A DNA stretch of 64,000 bases from Candidatus Thorarchaeota archaeon (GCA_003345555.1 PRDJ01000036.1:19809-83808), one strand, 5' to 3'; positions 30,059 to 39,273 are shown, numbered from the stretch's first letter. The notes: generated by a model not told the origin, from the letters alone. Numbers and translations are program-made.

Positions 30059-30757
30059 CTAGGCCGGTTCAAGCCGGATTGTCTGATTGCAGTTCTGGCA
30101 AACCACAGTACGGTCAGGTCTGATTTGATCTGAACGATAGAGGTACGCGGCCTTGCAGTGTGGGCACACGGTCCGTGTGACCCCTAGTATCTCTTTGAGC
30201 TCTCTTCGTTTCTCCTGAACCGTGGGTGGCAGCCGAAGAGGATGAGACTTGATGCGATTCCGACCGGCGCAGCACAATGCGCCAAAAGGAATCGAAATGA
30301 CACCTAGCACTGCAATTGCGAACTGCATTGTACCGAAACCGATTAGCAGGAGCACCAACCCAACGACGGTAAGGACGAAGCCACACGGAAAAGTGAACAT
30401 GAGATCGGAGAGCAGCGCGGACTTCCATTGTTCCATACATGCAGGGCAGAAGTATCGACTGGTCATTCTCGATTGGCCCAAGCTGTCGTCTTCCCACCGG
30501 ACGACGTAAAGACACTGCTCGCAGAAGGCCTTACCACATCGATTGCACAACCCTATTGATGGTACCCCGGGATGGTTAGGACATTGCTGATAGAGACCAC
30601 CCAGTTCTGATGGAACAAGAATCGTGCTACCACAGTATCTGCACCTAGCCTGAATCGTACCGGGCTCCAGTTCATAGCCGTGAGGAGCACCGCGGAAAGG
30701 GCAGACGAAAGCTTCTCTCTCTACACTGACCCCGCTAATGAGATGAGTAATAAACAT
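30059..30757 (-). CDS. Membrane protein with an N-terminal double zinc-ribbon/B-box-like module, 2 TM helices and a C-terminal zinc ribbon (paralog P1)
   Basis: 'EREAFVCPFRGAP...CRYCG...CPNHPGVPSIGLCNRCGKAFCEQCLY...CPAC', then TM, then 'VCPHCKAAYLYRSDQIRPDRTVVCQNCNQ'. The true start may be the GTG 12 codons in (VEREAF). Confidence 0.5.
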   Translation of the reverse strand: MFITHLISGVSVEREAFVCPFRGAPHGYELEPGTIQARCRYCGSTILVPSELGGLYQQCPNHPGVPSIGLCNRCGKAFCEQCLYVVRWEDDSLGQSRMTSRYFCPACMEQWKSALLSDLMFTFPCGFVLTVVGLVLLLIGFGTMQFAIAVLGVISIPFGALCCAGRNRIKSHPLRLPPTVQEKRRELKEILGVTRTVCPHCKAAYLYRSDQIRPDRTVVCQNCNQTIRLEPA

Positions 30758-30833
30758 CTTATCAGATTTGTGGACTTCGACAGGCTAATCCACCGAGATT
30801 GACCCAGCCCCTTTCTGTTTTCCGAGACACTCT

Positions 30834-31598
30834 CTAGCTTGACTTGATGCCTTCTCTGGCGGGCAACCCAAGATACTCACGGATGTTATAGTAATGCTCG
30901 CGCTCATGCTCCAAGTATCTTCTCATTACCTTGTACGCTGTCCACTGCTCGCTTGGATTGTTTGTATACTCTGCTCTCGTAAACATCGTGGCTCCCTTCT
31001 TCGGGACAACGTCTCTTAGACACATGACACAAGCTCTTCTTACAACCTCAAGCCGCTGAAAGACCGGCAGCTTGTCAACTTCAGACTCCGACGTGCCCTC
31101 GTACTTCTCATACTTCTGATCTGTTTCTGCTCCGAGTCTCGACAAATAGAACTCTTCGGCGTTGCACACGTGTTGCAGAATACCAGTGATGTCCCGCTTC
31201 TTTCCTTCGGGAATATTGCTCATTTGCTGAGGCGTCAGATCACTTACGAGGCCAAGTAAGTCCTGCCTGTTGTGCCCCATGAGACGTATGAAGTGGTCCA
31301 ACATCCGAGTTGTTACGGTCCTACGATCAAACTCGAACGTGGCGACTTCTCCACCTGATTCGCCTAGATTCACAACATCATGAATCTCCTCTGCCACGTT
31401 CATACTGAAAGCTTCTCGGATTCGAGACTGTTCGCCGTGCTTCCTGAGCCACGAATCATGGTACAAAAGCTCTTCGCGGAGAACCTCTAGCAGGGACTGC
31501 CTGTCCTGAGACCTAGCGTGGGTACCCGGAAGCTCAATGAACCGACCGTACCAGAGACCTGTATTGCCGCTTTCCAGCGCCAAAGAGAACACAGTCAT
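30834..31598 (-). CDS. DinB/YfiT-like (DinB_2) metal-dependent protein with an N-terminal HicB-like domain
   Basis: N-terminus 'MTVFSLALESGNTGLWYGRFIELPG' (HicB/UPF0150-like). C-terminus 'RYLEHEREHYYNIREYL' His-rich DinB motif. Confidence 0.4.
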   Translation of the reverse strand: MTVFSLALESGNTGLWYGRFIELPGTHARSQDRQSLLEVLREELLYHDSWLRKHGEQSRIREAFSMNVAEEIHDVVNLGESGGEVATFEFDRRTVTTRMLDHFIRLMGHNRQDLLGLVSDLTPQQMSNIPEGKKRDITGILQHVCNAEEFYLSRLGAETDQKYEKYEGTSESEVDKLPVFQRLEVVRRACVMCLRDVVPKKGATMFTRAEYTNNPSEQWTAYKVMRRYLEHEREHYYNIREYLGLPAREGIKSS

Positions 31599-31761
31599 TG
31601 CCTTTCCTGCCTAGTGAACAAGCGGAGTGGGAAAAGGCTTACGACGAAATTGGTCCCAATCATGTTACCGCACGCGAGTCTCTCAAATGATACTCTCTCT
31701 CATGCGTATCTTCACACATCCACAGACATCCTGGTACTGGTAGGATAGGTGTGACGCAGTG

Positions 31762-32274
31762 TCAGGGCAAGCCTTTCAGCCTGTCCCCGAGAGACGGCGC
31801 GTCTATCCGCGCCAACCTTAACGCAATCATCCCGAGGAAGACTACTACTGAAAGCAGAAGAGCGACATAGATCTCTGGATACTGTCCTCCACTCCGTACT
31901 GCAAAGTACAGAAAGACGGCAACGGGGACGGCAAACATCACAATGCCGCAGTCTTGTCTACTCCGGACCCGATGTGTTGTTCGCCTCAAGCAAGTAGGAC
32001 AGAGATACTTGCTTTGTCCAACATATCTGAATTCGTGGATACATTTGATGGAATAAGATTGACCACAATCGCGGCAAACCACCAATGCCGGAACATCATG
32101 ATGTACTGGGGACTGTCTGCTAGTAGTCTGAAAGGGAACGGTGACAAGGTTCCCACAGTGTTCGCATTTCGTCCTGACCGCATCTGCTGTCGGCGCATTA
32201 TTCAAAGGGCTCCCACAAAACGGACAGATGACTATATCCTTCTCCACGCTGTGCCCCATTACTTCATTGCGCAT
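31762..32274 (-). CDS. Zinc-ribbon/B-box-like membrane protein (paralog P2)
   Basis: 'ICPFCGSPL...CEHCG...CRDCGQSY...CPTC' followed by 2 TM helices. Confidence 0.5.
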   Translation of the reverse strand: MRNEVMGHSVEKDIVICPFCGSPLNNAPTADAVRTKCEHCGNLVTVPFQTTSRQSPVHHDVPALVVCRDCGQSYSIKCIHEFRYVGQSKYLCPTCLRRTTHRVRSRQDCGIVMFAVPVAVFLYFAVRSGGQYPEIYVALLLSVVVFLGMIALRLARIDAPSLGDRLKGLP

Positions 32275-32328
32275 TGGGCACTTATCAGTCTTCTGAGGAT
32301 AGGCTGCGGAAGCTGTTCAACACCTGAT

Positions 32329-33099
32329 TCATTCGAGGATTCGTCTGAAGAGGATGGTTGCTATTGTAGCGAATATCGCTGTGGCGAGAAGACCAGCGCC
32401 CAAGTCAAGAGGGATATTCGAAACATATCCCGGAAGTAACAGAGCTCTCATCGCATCTGTGATATAGCTCAGAGGATTGTACGCCGATATTATCTGGAGC
32501 CAACCGGGCATCTGGTTAATTGGATAGATTGCACTGCTGGTGAAGAAAAGAGGCATGGTTATCGCTTGGCCTATTCCCATCATCTTCTCTCGACTCTTGA
32601 ATATTGGAGCCAAGCACATGGACAAACACGAGAAGCACATCCCGGCAATCACTATGACCAAGGCAACTCCGATGAGATCTAGCGGATTCAGACTTAGCTG
32701 AACATTGATGATTAGGGCCAGAACGAAGACAACAATGGCCTGGAATATGCCTCTGACCCCGGCCGATATAGCCTTGCCCAAGACTATCGCTGACCGAGGG
32801 GCTGGCGTAGAAAGGAGCTTGTTTAGGAGCCCAAGGTCCCTCTCCCAGACGAGCATTATCCCATAAAAGACGGCAACGAACATCACGGACTGCGACAGCA
32901 CTCCCGGAGTAAGGAATTGGAGGTACGTGAACGACCCGACGTCGATAGCTCTTATGCTGGTTAGTGCGGTCCCGAAAACTAGCAGCCAGAGTGCTGGCTG
33001 AACTCCGCGTATGAATATTTCTGAAGAATCGTGCCTGAGCTTTCGGAGCTCGAATTCAGCCAGTGTGGACACAGTGCGCAAGAACTTTGATCCGATCAT
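32329..33099 (-). CDS. ABC-2 family transporter permease
   Basis: 6-TM ABC-2 layout. Start chosen at the internal Met, which forms an ATGA overlap with the ATPase stop. The longer track ORF 32329-33147 would overlap by 52 nt. Confidence 0.6.
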   Translation of the reverse strand: MIGSKFLRTVSTLAEFELRKLRHDSSEIFIRGVQPALWLLVFGTALTSIRAIDVGSFTYLQFLTPGVLSQSVMFVAVFYGIMLVWERDLGLLNKLLSTPAPRSAIVLGKAISAGVRGIFQAIVVFVLALIINVQLSLNPLDLIGVALVIVIAGMCFSCLSMCLAPIFKSREKMMGIGQAITMPLFFTSSAIYPINQMPGWLQIISAYNPLSYITDAMRALLLPGYVSNIPLDLGAGLLATAIFATIATILFRRILE

Positions 33100-34082
33100 C
33101 CTTTTCGCTTCCTCATCGCTAATCTCGTGACTCGCGCATCCCGCCACGTGCCACCATCCTGAATCCTAGCCCCTGCGTACTTCAGGAACACGTCATCCAG
33201 TGTAGACTTCTTGAGCGAGACAGATTCAACGTGTATCTTATGAGCCTCAAGAGATTCCAATACTGCAGGTATAGCCTTCTCGCCCTGAGCTACTACGAGC
33301 TCGTACGTACCCTCATCGGGTTTTGACACCAACAGCTGCCCATGCTCTCGCAGGATTAATGAACAATCTCCGTCGTGAGCAGTGATTGAAATCATGTCTC
33401 CTCCCATATCGTCCTTCAGTTGTGTTGGCGACCCATCTGCCACAATCTTCCCTTTGTTCATTATCGCAATCTCATCGCAGAGCACCTCGGCTTCATGCAT
33501 ATCGTGAGTGGTCACCAACATTGTAGTCCCGAATTCGTCCCGTAGGTGCATTATCTGGTTCCAGACCGCGGTCTTCGCGGATGGATCAAGGCCAATGCTC
33601 GGCTCGTCAAGAAATAGCATCCTGGGTCTGTTCATGAGTGCCTGGGCTATCTCAAGCCGCCGCATCATTCCTCCCGAATAGGTCTTTGCCAAATCGTGCT
33701 GACGGTCGGCCAGCTCCATGTATTCAAGAGCGTCCTGAATTCTTTGACCCCGCTGTTCTTTCGGCGTGTAATATAGCTTCGAATACATCAGCAGGTTCTC
33801 ATAGCCCGAGAGGTCCGTGTCTATCGAGACCTCCTGAGGCACATAACCCGAGATTTGTCGAACAGATGCCGCGGACTTCACACAGTCGATTCCAAAGACC
33901 TTGATAGTTCCAGAGGTGGGTCTGATAAGGGTGAGCGCGATTCGTATGGTTGTCGTCTTCCCGGCACCATTTGGACCAAGGAGACCGAATATCTGGCCCT
34001 CATCAACATCGAACGATATCGAATCGACCGCCTTGAAGTCTGAGTACATCTTTGTCAGATCCATTGCCTCGACCGCTTTCAT
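33096..34082 (-). CDS. ABC transporter ATP-binding protein (DrrA-like)
   Basis: 'GLLGPNGAGKTTTIRIA', 'LSGGMMRRLEIAQAL', 'LFLDEPSIGLD'. Confidence 0.8.
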   Translation of the reverse strand: MKAVEAMDLTKMYSDFKAVDSISFDVDEGQIFGLLGPNGAGKTTTIRIALTLIRPTSGTIKVFGIDCVKSAASVRQISGYVPQEVSIDTDLSGYENLLMYSKLYYTPKEQRGQRIQDALEYMELADRQHDLAKTYSGGMMRRLEIAQALMNRPRMLFLDEPSIGLDPSAKTAVWNQIMHLRDEFGTTMLVTTHDMHEAEVLCDEIAIMNKGKIVADGSPTQLKDDMGGDMISITAHDGDCSLILREHGQLLVSKPDEGTYELVVAQGEKAIPAVLESLEAHKIHVESVSLKKSTLDDVFLKYAGARIQDGGTWRDARVTRLAMRKRKG

Positions 34083-34248
34083 GTCGGACTTTCCTCCGCT
34101 TTTCGAGGGTCAACTCAGTTATCATCTTGAAATGCAGTCTCTCTTCATCAGACCGTTTCGGTCAAAAGCAAGGCGGCTCATCTGATAAGCTCTACCCTTT
34201 GGCCGCAGTCCTGTATGTTGTGGGTCTCGTACCAGTAAGCTCTCCGAA

Positions 34249-34758
34249 TCAAGTGTCGAGACTCCCACGATGCTCCTTTGCCTTGCTCGCAACTGTAGGC
34301 ATGTTGGTGATTCTGCGCCTTTGGATGATTCCTCCTGCCAAACAATACATGCCAAGGAATAGGGACATCAGCGTTAGTGCTGCAGAATCTCCACCACCTC
34401 GGACACCCGATAACCCGACCACTAGGAACAAGACAGAGAAGCAAATCAAGAAGTAGATGCCCGGTGTAGCCTCGATGGTTGCCAGCCCTGCGCATCTTGG
34501 ACATAGGTATTCCTTAGCCCCTCCTAGTCTTTGGAACACATAGAGACACCGACCACAGAATGCTTGACCGCATCTGGTGCAGAAACCTGTCGTCAGGGCG
34601 TCTGAGTGATTCGGACATCGTTGAGTCAGTCCGGTTAGGCGGCGCGGGACTACAATCATCCCGCCGCAGTACGAGCACTTTACCTGCGTTGCGCTTGATG
34701 GCAATTCACCCTTCTGAGGTGCGCCACAGAACGGACAGACGAATGCCTCTCTCTCCAT
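34249..34758 (-). CDS. Zinc-ribbon/B-box-like membrane protein (paralog P3)
   Basis: 'MEREAFVCPFCGAP...CSYCGG...CPNHSDALTTGFCTRCGQAFCGRCLY...CPRC' plus 2 TM helices. The N-terminus is nearly identical to P1. Confidence 0.5.
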   Translation of the reverse strand: MEREAFVCPFCGAPQKGELPSSATQVKCSYCGGMIVVPRRLTGLTQRCPNHSDALTTGFCTRCGQAFCGRCLYVFQRLGGAKEYLCPRCAGLATIEATPGIYFLICFSVLFLVVGLSGVRGGGDSAALTLMSLFLGMYCLAGGIIQRRRITNMPTVASKAKEHRGSLDT

Positions 34759-34886
34759 TTGAATGCCCGGGCTTTATGCTCTACTCAAGGGGATATCAGG
34801 TTTGTGAACATGAGAAGAGATAGTCCGCTCAAACAGGATAGGTTGCTCGATCTTCACCCTGTGCATCGTGCCATGATGTTTCATCA

Positions 34887-35057
34887 TCAGACTTGGTCGG
34901 GCTCGCCTAGCATGCTGATCCTTCGTCCGCAGTTCTGACAGGAGAAGATGCGGTCAGGTCCAACCTTGTCAGGACCATAGCGATAGCTTGCACCACAGTA
35001 AAGGCACTTGACATAAACAGAATCTGCGCTTGGGAGGAACCCGTTTGTCTCCTTCAT
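34887..35057 (-). CDS. Small zinc-ribbon ORF (56 aa), homologous to the C-terminal ribbon of P1
   Basis: Manual translation MKETNGFLPSADSVYVKCLYCGASYRYGPDKVGPDRIFSCQNCGRRISMLGEPDQV. ATGA overlap with the stop of 35054-35524. Below the ORF-track length cutoff. Confidence 0.4.
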   Translation of the reverse strand: MKETNGFLPSADSVYVKCLYCGASYRYGPDKVGPDRIFSCQNCGRRISMLGEPDQV

Positions 35058-35524
35058 AATCTGCCCGAGAAGGGGATGGTTAATTGGTCCGAAGACTGCC
35101 CAGAGCCCCTCAGTAGTAGGAACAGGCCGTACACTGTGACATCGGATGGGTAATAGGCCCGTCTAGGAGGAATGAAGAAGACAGCAATCATCACGGTGAC
35201 TACACCTATGATTATTCTAGTCATGCGAGCTCGGTTCTTTGTCCTTCCCGAGCACGCTTCGCAGACATAGTTGTCCCTGAGTCTTTGATATATGTAGAGA
35301 CAGTTTTCACAGAATCTCCGACCAGACACGTCGCATGCTCCCACTGAAAGCACATCTGGATGGTTTGAACACAACTCTCTGGTTTCCGTGATATCACTGG
35401 AGAGTAGAATTGGATACCCGCAGGAACGGCATCGTGTTTGAAATGCTCCTTCGGGAGGTGTATCAACTTGAAGCGTACGATAAGAACGACAGATGATAGC
35501 CCCCTTCCTCACAGCTGTTCCCAC
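35054..35524 (-). CDS. Zinc-ribbon/B-box-like membrane protein (paralog P4), with a partly degenerate cysteine pattern
   Basis: 'CRSCG...CSNHPDVLSVGACDVSGRRFCENCLY...CEAC' plus TM helices. The first CPxCG is lost (IICRSY). Confidence 0.45.
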   Translation of the reverse strand: MGTAVRKGAIICRSYRTLQVDTPPEGAFQTRCRSCGYPILLSSDITETRELCSNHPDVLSVGACDVSGRRFCENCLYIYQRLRDNYVCEACSGRTKNRARMTRIIIGVVTVMIAVFFIPPRRAYYPSDVTVYGLFLLLRGSGQSSDQLTIPFSGRL

Positions 35525-35849
35525 ATCATCTGCAAGCCGTATTAGCTTATCAGGCGTGAAATACTGAGTCGGACAGCAGCTTGCCCCAACAATCCCGAGT
35601 CACCAAGTCATCTGTCCGCAAACTGGAAGGCAAGTGTCTCTTTCGTACAGGCCAGTATAGCGAAGCCCGACAACTGGCCTCACCTTCAGAAAGCCCGTCC
35701 ATACAATAGACCTGTCGCTCGGTTGGTTGCGCCCGCAATTGAAACGCGATTTGTTAATATGTCACAAACTTAACTGCAACCAAAATGGTTCACTCTCGGA
35801 CACATTGAGTCAGAAAAGCAGCTGAGCTCTAGAGATTGCATCCAAAGAA

Positions 35850-36113
35850 GTGATCCCCTTGGGAAAGAAGACACTGAGTGATGTCCCATGTCCTGTATGC
35901 AAGGGCCCTGTCACTGGCGTCATAGTTGAAGAGGATTCAATTCTGAATGCCAAGAGAGTGCCGGTCATCGTCCCGGCCAAGTGCAGAAAGGGACACGCAG
36001 TGATTCTGTTCGTAGACAGGGCATTCGTCATTCGTGATGTCGAAGCAGCTGGAGATGCCGAGCAGAAGAAGAGTGCCCTTGACAAGGCTCAGTCTTGGAT
36101 GGACTCATTCTGA
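35850..36113 (+). CDS. Small zinc-ribbon-like protein. First gene of the Roadblock-GTPase operon.
   Basis: 'CPVCKG...CRKGH' (C-x2-C...C-x3-H). Ends 11 nt before the Roadblock start. Confidence 0.35.
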   Translation: MIPLGKKTLSDVPCPVCKGPVTGVIVEEDSILNAKRVPVIVPAKCRKGHAVILFVDRAFVIRDVEAAGDAEQKKSALDKAQSWMDSF

Positions 36114-36120
36114 GGGTGAA

Positions 36121-36665
36121 CGAGATGATCAAGATGGTCTACGTCATTAACGACGCTGGCGAGACGCTCGTTTCAATTCCGCTAGGCGACTTTCATGCCG
36201 ATGAAGCACTGTTTGGCGGATTCATGACTGCTATTGACATGTTCAGTCACAAGATGGCTGGAGACTCAATAAAGGAACTCATTCTCGGAAACAATCGAGT
36301 CGTCGTCGCTCGTGAAGGCGCCCATCTTCTTGTCACCGTGCATGATAAGGGGGATACCGACAGCCAAACCATCAATGCGAGAGCATGCGAGGCTTTCCGG
36401 AAACACTACGGCGGCGTTGTGACCGACGAAATGACAGATGCTATTCGCGAAGCTGTTCTCGGTACCATATCTATTCGGGGCAAGGCAGAAGATTGGGCTT
36501 CAAAGATGCTCTAGAAGGAAACGGAAATGGCGATAGAGGTATACGTTGCAGCGGAATTTCTTATGTTTGTGAGCTTGATAGCAGCTAGCTTTGCGATTGC
36601 GGGATACACTCGTCGTCGAATCAGGGAGCTGCCTGAAGAGGACAAGAAACTGGGCAAACCACTCT
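36121..36665. repeat. Segmental duplication, copy A (Roadblock gene plus 5' end of the membrane-protein gene)
   Basis: Nucleotide-level similarity to 38878-39420, starting at 'gatcaagatggtctacgt'. Confidence 0.6.
36125..36514 (+). CDS. Roadblock/LC7 (MglB-like) domain protein
   Basis: About 129 aa: 'MIKMVYVINDAGETLVSIPLGDFHADEALFGGFMTAIDMFS...LILGNNRVVVAREGAHLLVTVHDKG'. Start placed at the ATG where homology with the duplicate copy begins. Confidence 0.65.
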   Translation: MIKMVYVINDAGETLVSIPLGDFHADEALFGGFMTAIDMFSHKMAGDSIKELILGNNRVVVAREGAHLLVTVHDKGDTDSQTINARACEAFRKHYGGVVTDEMTDAIREAVLGTISIRGKAEDWASKML

Positions 36666-38005
36666 ACGCATACGCAGCTGGCACTTTCGTGATGGGCATA
36701 ACATCCTTTGCCAACTACCTAGCAGGCACGCAAGTTGTGATAGGGCCGTGGGCATGGCGCTTTTGGCCATCATACGCCTATGTCGTCTTAGCCATACTTG
36801 CCCCGGCGTTCATTTCGATAGCTGCGTTGATCGTCCTTGGGCGAGAGCATTTCATGATCCCGACCCTTTTTGCATTGGTGCTTGTTAGCTACGTTTGGAT
36901 ATTGCCAATGATACCAAACCCAATCGATGCTCGTGATGCGACTGCAGATGTGTCCTCCGTCATGTACATACCCGCAGTCCTGCTATTCGGGTACATATTG
37001 GCCAAAACGAGAAAAGCCACCAGTCTCGGGCTTTTCTACGTGGTCACATTCTATCCTCTCTATCGGTTGACTGTTATCGGACTGTCTGCCGGGCCGGTGG
37101 ATCTCAGCATCGTCTTTCTTGCCCTGCGGCTGCTGGCGCCAGTAATTGCCGCCGTCGCATTCCAAGTACGTGATATAGGAATATCATTCGAACTGGCGGG
37201 GTATGGGATGGCATACGCGCTTATTGCATTCTGGCTTTCGTATCTCATGATATCCCCTGTTACCGACCCTGTGCTGATTGCATCTCTCACTCTGATTGCT
37301 CTCGGATCGACAATCGGATTTGGTACGGGTGCATACACGTATGCCCGCTGGAAGAAGAACAGGCTCGGAGCAACATTCGTTCTATTCCTGTCGTTTACTT
37401 TCACAACATGGGCGTTCATACTGGTAGCCCTTCAGGGCCTAGGTCTTGCAACAGCAATCTACTACACCTATGCTTACATTTTCCTGACCTTCATTGCCCT
37501 CATGTGTTTCAATATGGCCGCGTATCTTGCTCTGGAATGGAGGTCGCTTCTCTTGTTGCCCGTCCTGATGATACTGCCGCTATTGTTCTTCTTGTCGATC
37601 CAATACCCTAGTGACCCACGCCTTAATCCGTTCTTCATCCCGGCCATCAGTATAACAGGTGTCGTTGCAGCGATTGTACCTGTTGCGTTGTATCTTTACC
37701 TGTGGCAAAGAATGAGGCAAGCAAAGGCGCCAGCCGCGAGCAGACCCCTGTTGTTGGCCACTGGAATCCTTGGATTGACTCTTGCTTTGGCTGCAGGCCC
37801 CATTACAATGGGTACAGAGGTTCTGAATGTGGCAAATCCAATCAGCGGAGTTCTCACATTCATCGCTTTTCTAGCATGGTGGTTGGCAGTTACTGGTAGG
37901 AACGAACGTTTCATGAAATGGTTGCACTCCACATTCCTGAAACCCAAGCCTGCTCCGTCCACGCCTCCGCCAGCGGGAGCTGCCTCTCAGCCCGGTGGTG
38001 CCTGA
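36527..38005 (+). CDS. Polytopic membrane protein (about 13 TM), unknown function. Lies between the Roadblock and GTPase genes.
   Basis: 492 aa, highly hydrophobic, Pro/Ala-rich C-terminal tail. The stop is 2 nt before the GTPase ATG. Confidence 0.55.
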   Translation: MAIEVYVAAEFLMFVSLIAASFAIAGYTRRRIRELPEEDKKLGKPLYAYAAGTFVMGITSFANYLAGTQVVIGPWAWRFWPSYAYVVLAILAPAFISIAALIVLGREHFMIPTLFALVLVSYVWILPMIPNPIDARDATADVSSVMYIPAVLLFGYILAKTRKATSLGLFYVVTFYPLYRLTVIGLSAGPVDLSIVFLALRLLAPVIAAVAFQVRDIGISFELAGYGMAYALIAFWLSYLMISPVTDPVLIASLTLIALGSTIGFGTGAYTYARWKKNRLGATFVLFLSFTFTTWAFILVALQGLGLATAIYYTYAYIFLTFIALMCFNMAAYLALEWRSLLLLPVLMILPLLFFLSIQYPSDPRLNPFFIPAISITGVVAAIVPVALYLYLWQRMRQAKAPAASRPLLLATGILGLTLALAAGPITMGTEVLNVANPISGVLTFIAFLAWWLAVTGRNERFMKWLHSTFLKPKPAPSTPPPAGAASQPGGA

Positions 38006-38007
38006 AG

Positions 38008-38538
38008 ATGTCTGCCAGAATCCCCGTATTCAAGACTGTTCTGATCGGGGAGGGAGGGGTGGGCAAGACCAGTATCACGCTGCGGTACACGGAGAATCGT
38101 TTCGAAGATAGTATGCGCATGACGGTTGGTGCTAACTTCGCTTCCAAGAAGGTGACTATTGGCAGCACACAGATGACCATCATGCTTTGGGATCTGGGAG
38201 GACAGCCCCGATTTCATGACGTGGTACAGGACTACTTCAAGGGAAGCAAGTTCGGAATCGCAGTCTATGACGTCAATCGACTCTACACTTTGGAGCGGCT
38301 TGAGGAATGGATTCATCGATTGAGAGAAGTTGCGCCGGACTGTGACCTCCTCATTGTCGGTAACAAAATAGACGAGCGAACCAATGACGGTGGAGTAGCC
38401 CTTGCCGAAGGGATTGCGTTCGCATCCAAGTTCGGCGCTGACTGCATTGAGGTTTCAGCTAAGACAGGTCAGGGAGTAAATGAGATTTTCGAGACGGCTG
38501 CAAGGCTTCTCATCAAGAAGTACATACAGAAGGTATAG
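38008..38538 (+). CDS. Rab/Ras-like small GTPase (176 aa)
   Basis: G1 'LIGEGGVGKTS'. Switch I 'RMTVGANF'. G3 'LWDLGGQPRF'. 'VYDVN'. G4 'GNKID'. G5 'SAKTGQGV'. Confidence 0.8.
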   Translation: MSARIPVFKTVLIGEGGVGKTSITLRYTENRFEDSMRMTVGANFASKKVTIGSTQMTIMLWDLGGQPRFHDVVQDYFKGSKFGIAVYDVNRLYTLERLEEWIHRLREVAPDCDLLIVGNKIDERTNDGGVALAEGIAFASKFGADCIEVSAKTGQGVNEIFETAARLLIKKYIQKV

Positions 38539-38886
38539 CATCTTACCAATAGAGCGTAATTCAAGCTAATAGTAAGGCTCCTACCTTGTGTCCCGTCCCT
38601 CACATCATTGACACACAATTTGCTAATATATCGCTCGTTCATGGAAAGCCGAAAGGCCCCACTTCTCCATTGTGGAGTCGCCAGAAGACCAAGAACGATA
38701 TGTGGGTTGAAGGATCGCAGTCGGTATTCATAAGTAGGAAGTCGCTAGATAGTCTTCTCAGGAGAGAGCATCAACAATCACCCTCACTGACTCCGACAGC
38801 TATCTATCCCCACATCAGAAGCAAGGGGATGTCCTCAGCGTTCAATCAGAACCCATCTTGCTCTGAAGGTGATTAGTCTGATCAAG

Positions 38887-39267
38887 ATGGTCTACGTTAT
38901 CAACGAAGCTGGTGAGACATTGTCCGCCATTGCTCTCGGCAACTTCCATGCTGACGACGCGTTGTTCGGGGGTTTCATGTCTGCTATAGATATGTTCTCT
39001 CAGAAGATGGCGGGAGATGTCATAAAGGAGCTCGTCCTTGGTAATGACAGAGTCCTAGTTGCCCGTGAAGGAGTCTATCTTCTAGTCACGATACATGACA
39101 AAGGAGATACTGACAGCCAACTTGTGAGCCGAAAGGTATGCGAAGCGTTCCGTAAGCATTTTGCCGGTCTCGTAACTGAGGAGATGACACAAGCCATCCG
39201 TGAAGCAGCCTTAGGCAGTGAATCTGCAGGCAGAAAAGCGAAGGATTGGGCGTCGAGGATACTTTAG
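38887..39267 (+). CDS. Roadblock/LC7 domain protein, duplicate of 36125-36514
   Basis: 'MVYVINEAGETLSAIALGNFHADDALFGGFMSAIDMFS...' About 80% identical to copy 1. Confidence 0.6.
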   Translation: MVYVINEAGETLSAIALGNFHADDALFGGFMSAIDMFSQKMAGDVIKELVLGNDRVLVAREGVYLLVTIHDKGDTDSQLVSRKVCEAFRKHFAGLVTEEMTQAIREAALGSESAGRKAKDWASRIL

Positions 39268-39273
39268 GAGAAA

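Noticed and set aside
38586-38876. 96-aa ORF upstream of the duplicated Roadblock gene
   Set aside because: Not similar to the 87-aa zinc protein preceding copy A. Low-complexity, and probably non-coding.
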